64,000 nucleotides of DNA from Epiperipatus broadwayi (GCA_028023455.1 JAQFVV010000005.1:12958001-13022000), one strand, 5' to 3'. Numbered from the stretch's first letter, positions 13,940-26,864 are shown. The notes: generated by a model from the letters alone, not told the origin. A program made the numbers and translations.

Positions 13940-13979
13940 CCCCAGACCGCGGTTTCTGCATCTAGCATCATCAGTGAGG
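13940..13979 (-). ncRNA. Minimal type I hammerhead ribozyme (family C)
   Basis: CCUCA-CUGAUGA-UGC(UAGAU)GCA-GAAAC-CGCG-GUC/UGGGG; helix III is the palindrome ACCGCGGU. Confidence 0.85.
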
Positions 13980-14319
13980 TGTTAGGGATTAAAAATACTA
14001 GAACTAGTCTAGCATTTTATCAATGCCTAACTATTGAGAAGAAAATCTGAAATCTTCAGACATTTAAATGTCCAAAAATCCAGCTATCTAACTCATCTGA
14101 CTTGATTTTTTATCAATTTAATTTTAGTTTTTGCTATTAAGGCTTTGGCAATTTTATATTGCTAGAGCTATTAATATATGGTGTATCTGAATTTAGCTCA
14201 GTCCCATACGGCTATTTGAGTTAGATAGCTGGATTTTTGGACATTTAAATGTTTGAAAGTTTCAGATTTTCTTCTCAATAGTTAAGCATTGATAAAATGC
14301 TAGACTAGTTTCCCTAACA

Positions 14320-14359
14320 CCGCACTGATGATGCTAGATGCAGAAACCACAGTCTGGGG
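14320..14359 (+). ncRNA. Minimal type I hammerhead ribozyme (family C, variant)
   Basis: CCGCA-CUGAUGA-UGC(UAGAU)GCA-GAAAC-CACA-GUC/UGGGG; the helix III palindrome is broken and helix I has a mismatch. Confidence 0.7.
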
Positions 14360-14657
14360 TTGAGGGTATTTTAAAAGCTTGATAAGAGTGTGTATTTTTA
14401 CATACTCTATATATAACATTTGTAAATATGAGCTTTATTAAAATTAAGTAATGTGACATCTGACTTGATTTTTTATCAATTTAAGATTCATTATAACTGA
14501 GCCCAGCTACTTGTTGGCATGAGAGGCCCATTATGATTGTACTTGTATTATCTTAAGTAAATGAAAGTAATAAGATAAAAAAATCAAGATAGAATAAAAG
14601 AAAGGATATACGTTTAAATTATTCCAAATCAATTTTTCCCCCAAAAATATGTTTAAT

Positions 14658-17160
14658 TCATTATCATGATTTTCAACCTATATCCATCCTCTGCAGTATA
14701 AAGATTTCTCCATGTTTGATCCAGTTTTACCAATGCATAATCTCTTTTTTACAACACACCAGAAAGTATCCATCTCATATGTGGTGTCTATTTAAGTCTT
14801 TTACAATCCCTTAGGAAGCACTTTAAGACTCCAATTGTCCATCTATTATTATCTTTTCTAGAAATATATCCAGCCCAGATCCATTTCAATTTATTAATTT
14901 TGATGATGTCAGTAGTACCTGTTGTTCTCTCATTTATGTATTTATTCCTAACGAATAGGTCTTCATACTCCATTGAATGAAACTAATCTTATGTTAAATG
15001 TCCAAATCTCAGATCCATAAATAAAAATGATAAAACACATCCAATAAAAATGTTTCTTGTCAAACACATCAGAATATTTCCATTTAATATTGTTATTTTT
15101 ACCAAAAGTGCCCCATACAAACTTAATTCAATGATTAATTTCATGTACTAATAATTCGATTAAAACATTTATAATTGCTAACTTTATCTAATTCATTATT
15201 ATCAATCTTTATTTTCTTCTTCTGAAAAAAATTCATATCTTTAGTTCTATTTTCTTTGATAACTTCTGTAATATTTTCTGAAGCTCTGAAGTATCATTTG
15301 TAAAAACAACCACATCATCTGCAAAATTTAATTGACTTGAATAATCTCTATTTATTTTATCCTCCCATTTTAATTCACAAAATATTTCTTGTAAAACTGC
15401 TTTAAAAAATTTGAAGTGTGAAATCATCCAGTTGTACATAATACTTCTTAATCTTCTTAGTATCACCATATAATCTAATTATTGTGTTATATTTAGATAT
15501 TTTTTTTTCAGGATATGGTAATTTCCTGAATATATATATATATATCAAAAATCTAAAATGCATATAAAACCAACTGCATTTTCAAAATCTACAAATTTTA
15601 ACTATAATGGTATCTGATATCCATTGGATTTTCTATAAATTCTGCCAATACTTGGATATGCTATCCTGTGTTGAAACCACTTTTAAATGCATCTTCTTTT
15701 GCATGGCTAAAATCCAAAATTTTCTGAAAACGATTCACAATAACTTGGTAAAAATTTTGTATACAATTGATAAAAGGCTGATAGGTTTGTAATTTCTAAT
15801 ATCTACTTTATCATCTTTCTTAAATAATAATAGTAGTACTCAACATTTTCAATCATCTGGTACATCTTTTTATCATATAAACATTAGGTATGTAATTATG
15901 CCAATAATTTTTTTATTTCTTCACTATTTCTTTTATGATATCAATTATAATTTCATCATTTCTTGAATTTTTTCCTTTTTACATAATTTAAGTGCATATT
16001 TCATTTCTTTATTTAAAGTGCTGGGCAATTTAGAAGATGTAATAACTATAGGGGTTATTTTGTTCTCTTCTTTTTTATTACTATATAATTCCTTATAAAA
16101 TTCTTCCACGAATATCATGATGTCATCTTTTTATTTATAAGTTCCATCTTTTTTTTATATTGTGGAAATAATTTTTATTCCAATACCAAGTTGTTGTTTA
16201 TATATTTGAGAATTTTATTCACTTCTTTAGCTTTGCTTATCAATTCACAATTATATTTTCTTATATCATTATTAACTATTTCTCATACCATTTTACATAA
16301 CTGTATATATTAATTTTTTTCAATAAATAATTTGTAAATATTTTTATATTCCTAATTTTTTTTCTTACATTATCTTGTTTCAGTATAAAATTTATTGGTA
16401 AGTTTTTAGTTCTTTGTTGCAGTTCTTAAAAGTGTATCAATGATCTTATTGATTTCATTTAAATCTGAACTACCTTAAAAATTTATTAATATTTTAAAAT
16501 GAATTGAAAGTTCTAATTTAAATTTATTAGAATGTTTTTGAAGATTAGGAATATCAATTGTTATTACTATTTTTCTTAATAATTTTTGTTTCTTTAATTT
16601 TTCATTAAACTATATCAATCTTGAAATATATATTTTCTATTCGTCAAAATATAATCAATTCTGTTGTACTTTTATTTGGATACTTCCATGTCCATTTTCT
16701 TTTAAGATTTTCTCAGAGGAAAAAATCATAATATTATACAGGCTACCTTTTACTACAAATTCAAAACAACTGTATCCTCTCCTTTCTATCACCGTATATT
16801 ATTTGATCTGTCAAAAATAATTTGTACTTCCATAACAAAATTCTCTACTTGTTTATCACAATAAGCATTTTTGGAGGTATAAACCTGAATTACCTGCATC
16901 TGGTATCTTCCATTTACATGTATAAATAATTTTGCCACTTTGTTTGATACATCACTATAAGGTTCTATTTTCTTTATTTATAATGAATCTCACTCCACTT
17001 ATGTTTTCAGTATTTGTATCTTTGTAGTAAAGTATATGTCCACTTTTTAAATAAATTATTTCTTCCTCTTTTCTTCTAAATTCATAAAATCTAACAGTGT
17101 CCCATTCAATATCAGACAGTTTCTCCAATTCTTACAAAATATTTACTTGGGTGAAATATT
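14658..17160 (-). mobile_element. Degenerate RTE-clade LINE (APE plus RT)
   Basis: LNFADDVVVF RT motif (ORF 15233-15469); KWIWAGYISRKDNNRWT C-terminus (ORF 14788-14973); APE-like IQVYTS near 16875-16895; many stops and frameshifts. Confidence 0.85.
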
Positions 17161-18233
17161 GTAATGGTAATATGAGTGAACCAAAGATATACAAATATGT
17201 AATATTAAATTTTATTCCTAAATAAATATTTATATTAAGTGAAAGTTAAATGATTAATACAATTTGAATAAATATGATTCAATTCATATATATATATATA
17301 TATAATATTAACCAATGCCTGTGATGATAATGATAATAATTTATAACATAGAACAGAAAGTTCAAACTAAGTATTTCTTTCAAAAGTATTTTTGTTTTTT
17401 TAGTTTCAATGATAAAAAAAAAAAAAAAATGATAAAAAAGTGAAAAATTAATATACCAAACCCTCTGAATAGAAAGTTTATTTTTGGGAAACTTATTAAT
17501 GCCTGATCATCACCATTTATAAATTATTATAGCCATCTCTACATGTCTCCCCATGAATTACATAATTTCTCAGGGTTGTGGATATTAATAGCATAAGGAT
17601 ATTAATAGCATAATGATTGTAATGAGTTTGATAAGTAAGCAGAATTTAAATGGATTAATAAAAAAATACAATTTATTAATAATGAATATATAAAAGTGTT
17701 GTTTATATACTTGTAACTTTTATTAGATATACAAAATATTAAAGACAATCATAGTAAGAGATATTTTAAATTTACAGTCTTAGAAAAATTACACTGATAA
17801 GATCTTACAGAATAAAAAGTCGAAAAAAAGTTAAAAAGTGGCAAACCATGTTTTTGTGCAGATATTGTTTTTTTTTTCCGTCTATTTATGAATGAGTCCT
17901 CATTAGTTTTTCCGAAGATGGTAGTTATCCTCCTGATGCACTGGTGATGTTAGATGGGTGTACAGTAACATTGGTACCAGTAGTTCTGGTAGGTTTTATG
18001 GACAGTCCCCATTTCTTTCCTTATGGTATGATTAAAGCAGATAACGGCTGGCATTACCAAATTTCACTATTAACCTCTGGATCCTATTGCATTGCCAAAT
18101 GTTTGGCTGATGTGATTTTTGGTTGTCTAGCTCCATACACTAGATGGTATTCTGTTAGATAAAGCTATCATATTTGCTATTACAAATAAAGTATTGAAAA
18201 TACTGTAAAACAGTCAGCAAGATACAGCTATCC

Positions 18234-18347
18234 TAGTCTTGCATTGGTGGTCGAGAGGTCAGCGCAACTGCCTTGCACTTGCAGGCAGTTGCCCAGGTTG
18301 CAGGTTCATGTCCCGGCCGATGCTATGACACCTTAAAAAAAAAAAAA
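18234..18347 (+). mobile_element. tRNA-shaped retroposed element (SINE or tRNA retrocopy) with A-tail and TSD
   Basis: GCATTGG...CCGATGC acceptor stem at 18241-18323; A-box TGGTCGAGAGG; B-box-like GGTTCATGTCC; A13 tail; TSD aagatacagct(a/g)tcc on both sides. Confidence 0.8.
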
Positions 18348-19109
18348 GATACAGCTGTCCATGTTATGGTAGAAAACAGTTTAACCAGTAGTTTCTCTCC
18401 TTTGCATAGAATCACTACAATACTGCTTTTTAAATCCAGTCTTCAGCTAAACTAGAGTACAATGGACTCCTTGAGTGGACTGGACTAACTTGAATTGTTT
18501 GTTTCAGACATATTGATGCCCACACAATAGCTGTTTTTCAGCAACAGATTCATTATCAACTACTTTCAAGATTTGGCCTCTGTTTCTTTACAACATTTTA
18601 TTAAATTTTTTTATAACATGATGTGGAAACAGATAATTTTACAGATATTTCTAAATTACATCATTATTTTATACTTAACTGAACAAAAGAAAAACATATA
18701 CATATTTTTTTACTTTATTTATTTACATTTGTTAGTGATAGAAAGAAAGAACAAATTGTTACCAACTTTTAAAAATTGAACAATAACTTTTAAAATTTTA
18801 GTAAACCCAAAATTTTAATAGCATATTTTGGTTTGCCATTTAATTTACCCTAGGAATTTAAAATATGCATTTAGAAGGCAGATCAAAAAGATGCAAAATG
18901 TTCTAGATTTTTCTAGCAATGCAATTAAATTTTCTTACATGTAACAAAACTATTTTCATTTCTTTCCTTTACATTGCAATTTATCATTTTATTGTTTCTC
19001 ACATATTACTAAGTAACTTTATAAAATTTTTAATATGATACCCAAGTGACACATATAGTATATTTGCACATAAACATATAGCAATTTATACATTTAACAA
19101 TAAATATAT

Positions 19110-20340
19110 AATAACTGAAATACAGGCTTAATATATACCTGTGTCTATATATGTAATATATAGGGTATATGAGTACAGACTTTCACACCAAACTAGACCA
19201 ACTGATGATTGCTAGTTTAGCATGAAATATGTATATTGGTGATTATTTATCTTTTCAACATATATGTGTTCAAGAGTATCAGTGTTATGAGATAGAGTGG
19301 AGAGTGGTGGGTGGTGTGAAAGTCTGTGCTCATATACCCTATATATTATATATATAGACACCGGTATATAATAAGCCTGAGTTTCAGTTATTACATAGTA
19401 GAGACGTCTGCCCATCCCTTATATATGTATTAAATGGACTATGTCCTATACATGAGAGGTCAGATTGACCTATGGTCAACATGGGTGTGACAAGAATCTC
19501 GGCCTCAGGGTGGCCTTTGAGCATTCCATCATCAGATTTTCAATTGGATGGACAGTTGAAAAGGTGGTGTGTGGAGTAGATTGAAGCCTGTCCATTAAAG
19601 TATGAAGATTGGCTATCTTAATATATATCTGAGCCATTAAAGTATGAAGATTGGCTATCTTAATATATATCTGAGCACTTATAGCATACAGTATATGTGT
19701 AGAGATAGCAATCTGGACCGAATGATGATTGCTGGTTTAGCATAAAATACATATATTGGTGATTATTTATCTTTTCAACATATATGTGTTCAAGTGTATC
19801 AGTGTTATGTGATAGAGTGGAGAGTGGTGGGTGGTGTGAAAGTCTGTGCTCATATACCCTATATATTACATATATAGACACAGGTATATAATAAGCCTGT
19901 GTTTCAGTTATTACATAGTAGAGATGTCTGCCCATCCCTTGTATATGTATTAAATGGATTATATCCTATACATGAGAGATCAGATTGACCTATGGTCAAC
20001 ATGGGTGTGACAAGAATCTCGGCCTCAGGGTGGCCTTTGAGTGTTCCATTATCAGATTTTCAATTGGATGGACAGTTGAAGAGTTGGTGTGTGGAGTAGA
20101 TTGAAGCCTGTCCATTAAAGTATGAAGATTGGTTATCTTAATATATATCTGAGCACTTATAGCATATATGTGTAGAGATAGTAATCTGGACCAACTGATG
20201 ATTGCTGGTTTAGCATAAATATGTATATTGGTGATTATTTATCTTTTCAACATATATGTGTTCAAGTGTATCAGTGTTATAAGATAGAGTGGAGAGTGGT
20301 GGGTGGTGTGAAAGTCTGTGCTCATATACCCTATATATTA
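19110..20340 (+). mobile_element. Retrozyme-like tandem array (family D): inverted 5' fragment plus about 2.4 monomers of about 472 nt
   Basis: TSD aataaatatat at 19099-19109 and 20341-20351; 19110-19190 is the reverse complement of about 19313-19393; HHR positions recur at 19235, 19755 and 20227. Confidence 0.85.
19197..19240 (+). ncRNA. Minimal type I hammerhead ribozyme with AUA cleavage triplet (family D)
   Basis: ACCAA-CUGAUGA-U-UGCUA(GUU)UAGCA-U-GAAA-U(AUGU)A-UA/UUGGU; the homologs in the second and third monomers have core mutations. Confidence 0.75.
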
Positions 20341-20344
20341 AATA

Positions 20345-20600
20345 AATATATGTTTTTTTATTAAATGCCTTCTGTTTGTTTCATGATTGATGAGAAGTGC
20401 ATTAATATGACTGGCTCTAGGATGTTGGCAGTTGGCTGGTTCAGGTCATTTGACAGGTGAATTTAGCACATGCTAGCTATAGGTTCATTCTGGAGAGTGG
20501 AGTTTGTCTTGATGCCTTAGATGTACATGAATTCAGATACAGCAACTGGCGTGAATTCTGAGTTCATTTTCTAGATGGACACATATTACACAGCAGGATC
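20345..20600 (-). mobile_element. Possible Penelope GIY-YIG C-terminal relic
   Basis: Weak, interrupted resemblance to the RxxEH...SAIAxH...IL...RKxxEAI pattern; abuts the HHR array. Confidence 0.3.
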
Positions 20601-21215
20601 AAAACATAAGCAAATTAAGCAGAATCTGGTAAATTAACTTAAGTAGAATCTAATGAAGTAATTAAGCAGAATCTGGTGAATTAACTTAAGTAGAATCTAA
20701 TGAAGTAATCAGAATCAAATAGACATAGAATCTAATAAAATCAACATAATAATTAAATGATTTTTAGTTGATCTTATATAGACCCACCAGTTGTTATTCA
20801 ATCCACTCAGGAATTTAAGGAATCTCCCAAATCAGCAAATCACTGATTAAAATATTTTTACTCAGATAAGCTAGCATTTTAATTTATAATCACAAAATTC
20901 CAAATTAATTACATTAATTAAAAATTTTCCAAACAACAATATTTAATAGAAATAAAAGTATATTTTTGTTAACCTCTTAATTAAAACAAACTGAAAAGAA
21001 TCGATAAAGGAAAATTTTACAGAATAAGTATTGTTTCCAGCTATAAAAAAATATTTTATTGAAAAGATAATTAAACTGGTTATAAAGTTCACTTTTTAAA
21101 AAAGTGTTACATTAAAAACATTATTATAATTAAATAAACTGAGCTCATTAAAACATTTTCATTATTAATTTGTGTGAGTATATATATATTATAATAGTCT
21201 GGGAGATGATCGAAG

Positions 21216-23095
21216 CTAGCAGTCTTACTGTATCTGCCATACAGGGCACCACTAGGCCATTTGAACCTAGAAGACTCTAGTAGGCAGATATGCACTGTTA
21301 AAGATCCAACTTTTATTTATTAAGACCATCAGCCCTGACCACTAGCTCATGGAGTAGTAGAGGTTTTAGAACAATTATTAAAATATATTCTTAATAAAGA
21401 ATAAAAAATAAATAAACTAGATCACTGCCAGTACTAACAACACAACAGATTTTATTAACACACATTTAAAATTGAGGAATAAAATTTATATTTAGATTTT
21501 AACATTAATTTTTAAATTTAAATTACTATTTTAAATAAACTGCACAGATGGACATTTTAATAATATTTTACTTTAGGATGTTGAATATAGATAGGCTACA
21601 TAGATTTCTCACTAAAAAAAAACTTATCAAAACACTCATTCAATCTCAGACTAAAAGTTCCTAGCCAAACCAACGCCTGCTTCCAGATATATAGTCACAA
21701 CCAATGCAATATGAAGATGCTAGCATAAAACCATGCTGACAGGAATGTGCATCTGACAGCATGATATTATTTGAAGGACATGATCCTTGTCCAGTACAGG
21801 ATGGTACATCTGTCTGGAAAACATCATGTATATAAATTAATTAAAGAAGAGTGCTACATATGGGGGAGAGTGGTCATCTGCCAACTTATAATCCCTGTCC
21901 ATAAAGCTAGAAGAGGTCAATGGCACAGGAAATATGTCTGCAACCATTGCAACAATATGACTGCCTCTTTGGGGTCATGCATTCAGTTGGGCACGTTGCC
22001 CTGTATGCTAAACATGCTTCACATTACATTGATATAAACACCCATATATCCCTCCACAAGAATCATCCTAACTACGAAACAAATAGCCTGAAATTAATTC
22101 TCTAAAATAAACATAAACGAATTTAAACATAGTTATTAATTTTTATCCATGCAGCTATCTACACCCAACTTTAATTTGATACATTTTAATTAACACATAA
22201 CACACAAAAAAAGAGAAATGGAAATGATTGCTTAAACAGATACATAAAAAAAATTACTAATAATTGATTTTGAATTCTTTAGGACAGATAATAGTTCTTA
22301 TTTTCAGCTATTAATTGCAAATTTAGGAAATGTTCCTATTAGATAAACACAAGAATTCATACTTTACAGATTGAGCAGATTTAAAGATCCATCTTCGTGA
22401 TCGCTTTCATAGATTGTTTGTCCTTCTTTGAAAATGAAGCTGCTATTTTGATTCATAACTGTCATAGGGAGGTCTCAGCTGGTTGTCCGGAAATTAAATT
22501 TATTACAGACTTCTACATTGTGAAATCTGCAATATAGCTAATTATAATGGTATATTAATAATCAGCTCTAAAATAACAATTATAATCCTCCTCTCAATTC
22601 AAAAATTTGGGGTTTTATACTTTTATTAGTCACTTATCATCAAATCTTCGGATTCAACAAGCAAGATGTCACTAATCCTCTTGTGTTTCATTTACAGTCC
22701 GTTTGTGCTTGCATTGGTCATTTAATTTCTTTTTATTCTCTTATCTGACCATTTAATTATTTGAATGCTCCAAGGACTAGTGTGCTTTATTTAATTAATA
22801 AAACAATTATTTCCATTTTCTAAGATTATAGAAATCAACATTTTCCATTTTCAAAAATATCAAATCTTTACATCTTTATTTTTTTACAAAAAAACTACTT
22901 TCAAATACTTTTATTTTTAAAATAGTTTTTAAAATTTCCCATCTGTGCGATATATATATATACGTTAAACAACTTTTAATTTTCAGTTTTTAAGTCAAGT
23001 TTTTTTTTTCCTTTTAATAAATCAATTTTTATTTAAGATCTTTTTATTTTAATTTTAAAATAATGTAACGGCATATTATGTACCATTACAATATA
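21216..23095. mobile_element. Unclassified interspersed element X, copy 2
   Basis: Homologous to 11767-13890; minus-strand Cys cluster RATCPTECMTPKRQSYCCNGCRHISC at about 21925-22005. Confidence 0.65.
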
Positions 23096-23189
23096 TAATA
23101 TCACACTTAAATAAAAAAACTCAACTGAAATTAAAATTAAGTTTGCTTAGCCAACCAACATATAAATTAATACTGAGAGAGGCAAAGCA

Positions 23190-23415
23190 TCTCAATATAT
23201 ATAAAAATAATTTCAGTACATAATGCTATCTGAAATAAGTATCAAATCACCTCAAACCTTAAAGAATTTTCAGCTACATCCTCTGTGAACAAATATATCT
23301 GCTCTTTTGAGATGCAACTCTTATATATTTTTTCACAGAGGGCATAGCTGAAAATTTCTTAATTATTGAGATGATTTGATATATAAATATTTTGCAATAT
23401 ATTTTTTATATATAT
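23190..23415. repeat. Inverted repeat (fold-back)
   Basis: tatcaaatcacctcaaa..ttaaagaattttcagcta..cctctgtgaa versus ttcacagagggcatagctgaaaatttcttaa..tgagatgatttgata. Confidence 0.7.
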
Positions 23416-24525
23416 ATTTTAATTAATAAATTATTTATTATCTTTTAATGAATTAAATAAGTATTTAAAGTTTTATTTAAAGTTCTGATAAGAAAATAAT
23501 TAAAGTTTTTGTGGAAGGCAATAATTTAAGATATTTTCAATATCTAAAATTATATAATAATCAATGAATTTTACTAGAATAGTATCAGATTTAACATCGT
23601 TGACTTAATATTATGTCCATTTCTAGGGAGGAAAGTTTATTATCTTCTAAATACAATATATAAAATTAAAAATAAATTAATTACTGTTGACAAGATTAAT
23701 TTTTTTTTGTAAAGATTGATAAAAAAAAAAGTTCATTCTTTGAAAAAATAAATGGGATATTTATCACAATAGATTATTAAATTTTATATAAAAAAAGATT
23801 ATTAACCTATAGGATTTCTATTTATTTATTAGATATGCAAATGATTTGCAATATTTAATTTTTGAAAGAAGTCTTTTGGCTGTATTTTCTGATAAAAACC
23901 AGTACCCATGTTGAAATATGAAAATAAGCTATGTAGACAAGCAATTGTTATGTTTTGTTATTAAATGCTTTTATTTATCTTAAAAACACTACTTGTCTGC
24001 TTGTTTGTTTAGGATAAATTTTGAAATTGATTTTTAACATAATTTTATCAAATGAATGCATGTGTTAAAAATTAATGACAATGCAATATAGCAGTGAAAT
24101 ATTTCAGGATTATCCAATCATTTATTTAGTGTAATGATGTTAGTGAAACACAATGTTGATTCAGTAAGTTTTCAGTGATTCACACAAGAGGGCAGTATAC
24201 TTTTTTAAAAAAATAATTTAAACTAAAAAGTGTTAATAATGAAACCAAATATCCTCATTTATCTTGATGATAAAAGTTCCTTTTTTAAAAATAGATAAAA
24301 TTTTATTTTCTCTTGATTTTAAGTTTCTTATTTAAAAATGCTTCTTTTACAAACAAAACATTGTAATCAATTTTTAATGCATGCAAATTTTCTTTTAAAT
24401 ATTACAGTCTGAGACATTGTTTTTATTCTATGTTTGAAATAAAAATATATTACAAAAAATATTCAAATATTAAAAAATTAAAAATGATATATATATAGAA
24501 TATTTTATAATAAACAATTACTTAC

Positions 24526-24531
24526 TGTGCA
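24526..24531 (-). CDS. Candidate 6-nt microexon (TGCACA)
   Basis: ttatttttggctttttag|TGCACA|gtaagtaa; frame-neutral; the only support is splice-site context. Confidence 0.35.
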
Positions 24532-25227
24532 CTAAAAAGCCAAAAATAATTGTTTTCTTCACTCACAATAGGGTTTTAATATTTAACTTAAAATAAAAGC
24601 ATGGCCAGTCCACAAATGAATTTATTCAGTAAAAATTAATTAATTCAATAATGGAATTAATTAATTTTTGGACACCCTATGTTTGGTTAAAGAAAACAAT
24701 TATTTTCTTTTTAATGTAAAGTAATTAAAAGTAGTTATTATAAAATATTTTTTACATATATTATTTTATTTATTTATATATTAGTTAGCTTATATATTTC
24801 TTATTGCTTCCATATATATAAAAAACAAAAATTTGAAAATACATATCTGTAATGCAATAATTCTTTTTCCACAAAGTTGTTAAAAATTGATTAAAATAAA
24901 CCCCTACTTAGCTGATAAAAATATAAAGAAAGTTATCAAGCTGTCAACATGAATGTTTAGATTAAAGTGTTTGACATCTCTTACTCACTTGAAGACTAAT
25001 GTTATTTTATAAATGCATGCGTAATAAGAGAGAAAGTGGTTTGGCTTTCTACATTGGGGAATGGTTGTGACATGGTGCAGTTGATATGAGAGATGCACTA
25101 ATAAAAAGCAAAAAGTTATATATATATATATGGGGTGTTTCAAATATTTTATATATATATAATAAATTAAGTTTGATATCTGTATTTATTCCATAATATA
25201 TGTAATATACAAATCAATATATATATA

Positions 25228-25940
25228 TATATATCAAAATACAGTAAAATTTACATAAATTATATTATTTTTAGAAGTACTTTTGACTATAAGCTATTTT
25301 GACTATACACTATATAACATTGAATAATCAATGTTATATAGTTGATAAAGACTAAAAAATTTATAGTCAAAAGTACTTCTAAAAATAATATAATTTATGC
25401 AAATTTTACTGTATTTTGATATATATATATTAAACTGAGAGACTGCAAACCTCTCATGCTTATTAGCCAATCAGGTAAATACAAGACAGAGAATTTACGA
25501 TTTGATTGCTATTAATAACATGTGATTAGCTAATAAGCACAAGAGGTTTGCAGTCTCTCAGTTTAATTTCAAATACTGTTTGTGCTTTATAAATTAAATA
25601 TTATTTACATACATTACTGCAAGTTATAACATCTAATAACTACTGCAAAGTAAATCGTAGGATTTCATGCTGTATGTTTGTAATTTAAACTCGGTGAATT
25701 AAATGTGAATATGTTTGAAGATTCACGCTTTCAAATCTAAGTACTTCAGACTGGCTTGGGTATATAGAAAGACAAGTAAAGAAGAGGGTGGATGCCCTCT
25801 TCTTATTAAATTCACTGTCTTGTATTTATGATTTGATCGTTATTAATAACACCTGATTGGCTAATAAGCGCGAGAGGTTTGCAGTCTCTCAGTTTAATTT
25901 CAAATACTGTTTGCACTTTATAAATTAAATATTATATATA
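25228..25940. repeat. Composite of fold-back repeats (25228-25430 and 25430-25566) plus a direct repeat (about 25830-25940)
   Basis: Inverted arms ttaaactgagagactgcaaacctctc..; aagtactt palindromes in decayed HHR-like contexts at about 25340-25381 and 25715-25750. Confidence 0.65.
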
Positions 25941-26747
25941 TATATAATCATAGGGTTAATTGCTTGACAGATCATGTGACATCCAAGCATTTTAATAGTA
26001 GTTTGGATGTCAAACTTTGTCAAAAAAAAGTTTATACATTACTCAAGTAAGAATCAATCTTAGAATATTTATTTCTAAATTCATTATGCTATCATTCTGC
26101 CAAACAACACAATGTACTGATGTTAATAATATTATCAAATGTTTACAGAGAATATTGTTCTTTTTTTCATTAAGATTTATCCTAAGTTAAATTATCTTGT
26201 AAGAAAAACTATTATATGGAAAATGTAGAACTTAATATATTATATTGTAACATTTTATTATTATAATCTTTAGCTTTATATTACTTTATGAATAATTAAT
26301 TACACTTTGAACTGTTAAATAATTTTTTTTCTTTTTATTTTCATTAAATAAAATAAGACTAAAAATTTTGCAGGATAAACTGATAAAAATCAAAAAACTT
26401 TAAAATATATTGCAGTGATGACTATCCACCTTTTCACTCATAGTCAAAAGTAGATACAAAACAGTCCTTACCATGTATGAGAATGGTATAGTGAAAAAAT
26501 ATCAAGCCATTAACATGGGCATGAAAATTTAGATATTAATACATTTAATTCACCTGATGAGTTAAGGTGTTTGTGAAGAAATATATATGCACAGTAAGAG
26601 AGAATGGTTAAAATTTCTGCACTGGTAGATGATTGTAATTTGATGAAGTTGAGATAATGGATGCACCGATAAATACGAAAAATTATTTTCAACGTTAACC
26701 TAAATATCTAAAGACAAATTTTCAGATGTAGTATATTTAATAATCAC

Positions 26748-26864
26748 CTGGATGACATCCTAATCTGAAAGGTTCTCCAAAAAATCCTGGAGGACAAACA
26801 CACAATGGAAAATTTCCAAATGGCTGGCAAATACTTGGATGTGGACAATTAACACTTGCACAAT
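26748..26864 (-). CDS. EGF-domain exon 1 of mucin/EGF-repeat gene
   Basis: 117 nt, tttgctttcag|...|gtgatt, phase 1-1: (D/N)CASVNCPHPSICQPFGNFPLCVCPPGFFGEPFRLGCHP. Confidence 0.88.

Larger units (their letters stand above)
13889..14411. mobile_element. Penelope-type HHR element (family C), about 520-bp palindrome
   Basis: Long near-perfect inverted arms with an HHR in each arm; same family as 55670-56065. Confidence 0.8.

Noticed and set aside
17944-18162. 72-aa ORF next to the SINE
   Set aside because: No splice context or recognisable motif; probably a decayed repeat.
19110-20340. CRISPR array interpretation of this and other tandem repeats
   Set aside because: The context is eukaryotic; units are hundreds of bp or near-identical minisatellites without unique spacers, and there are no cas genes.
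24989-25097. 109-nt exon-like segment with good splice sites
   Set aside because: Not a multiple of 3, it would shift the frame of an otherwise all phase-1 gene, and it has no domain signature.
26472-26700. Possible SEA-domain exon downstream of EGF1
   Set aside because: The available acceptors give stops in the required phase 1; the resemblance to SEA is weak.
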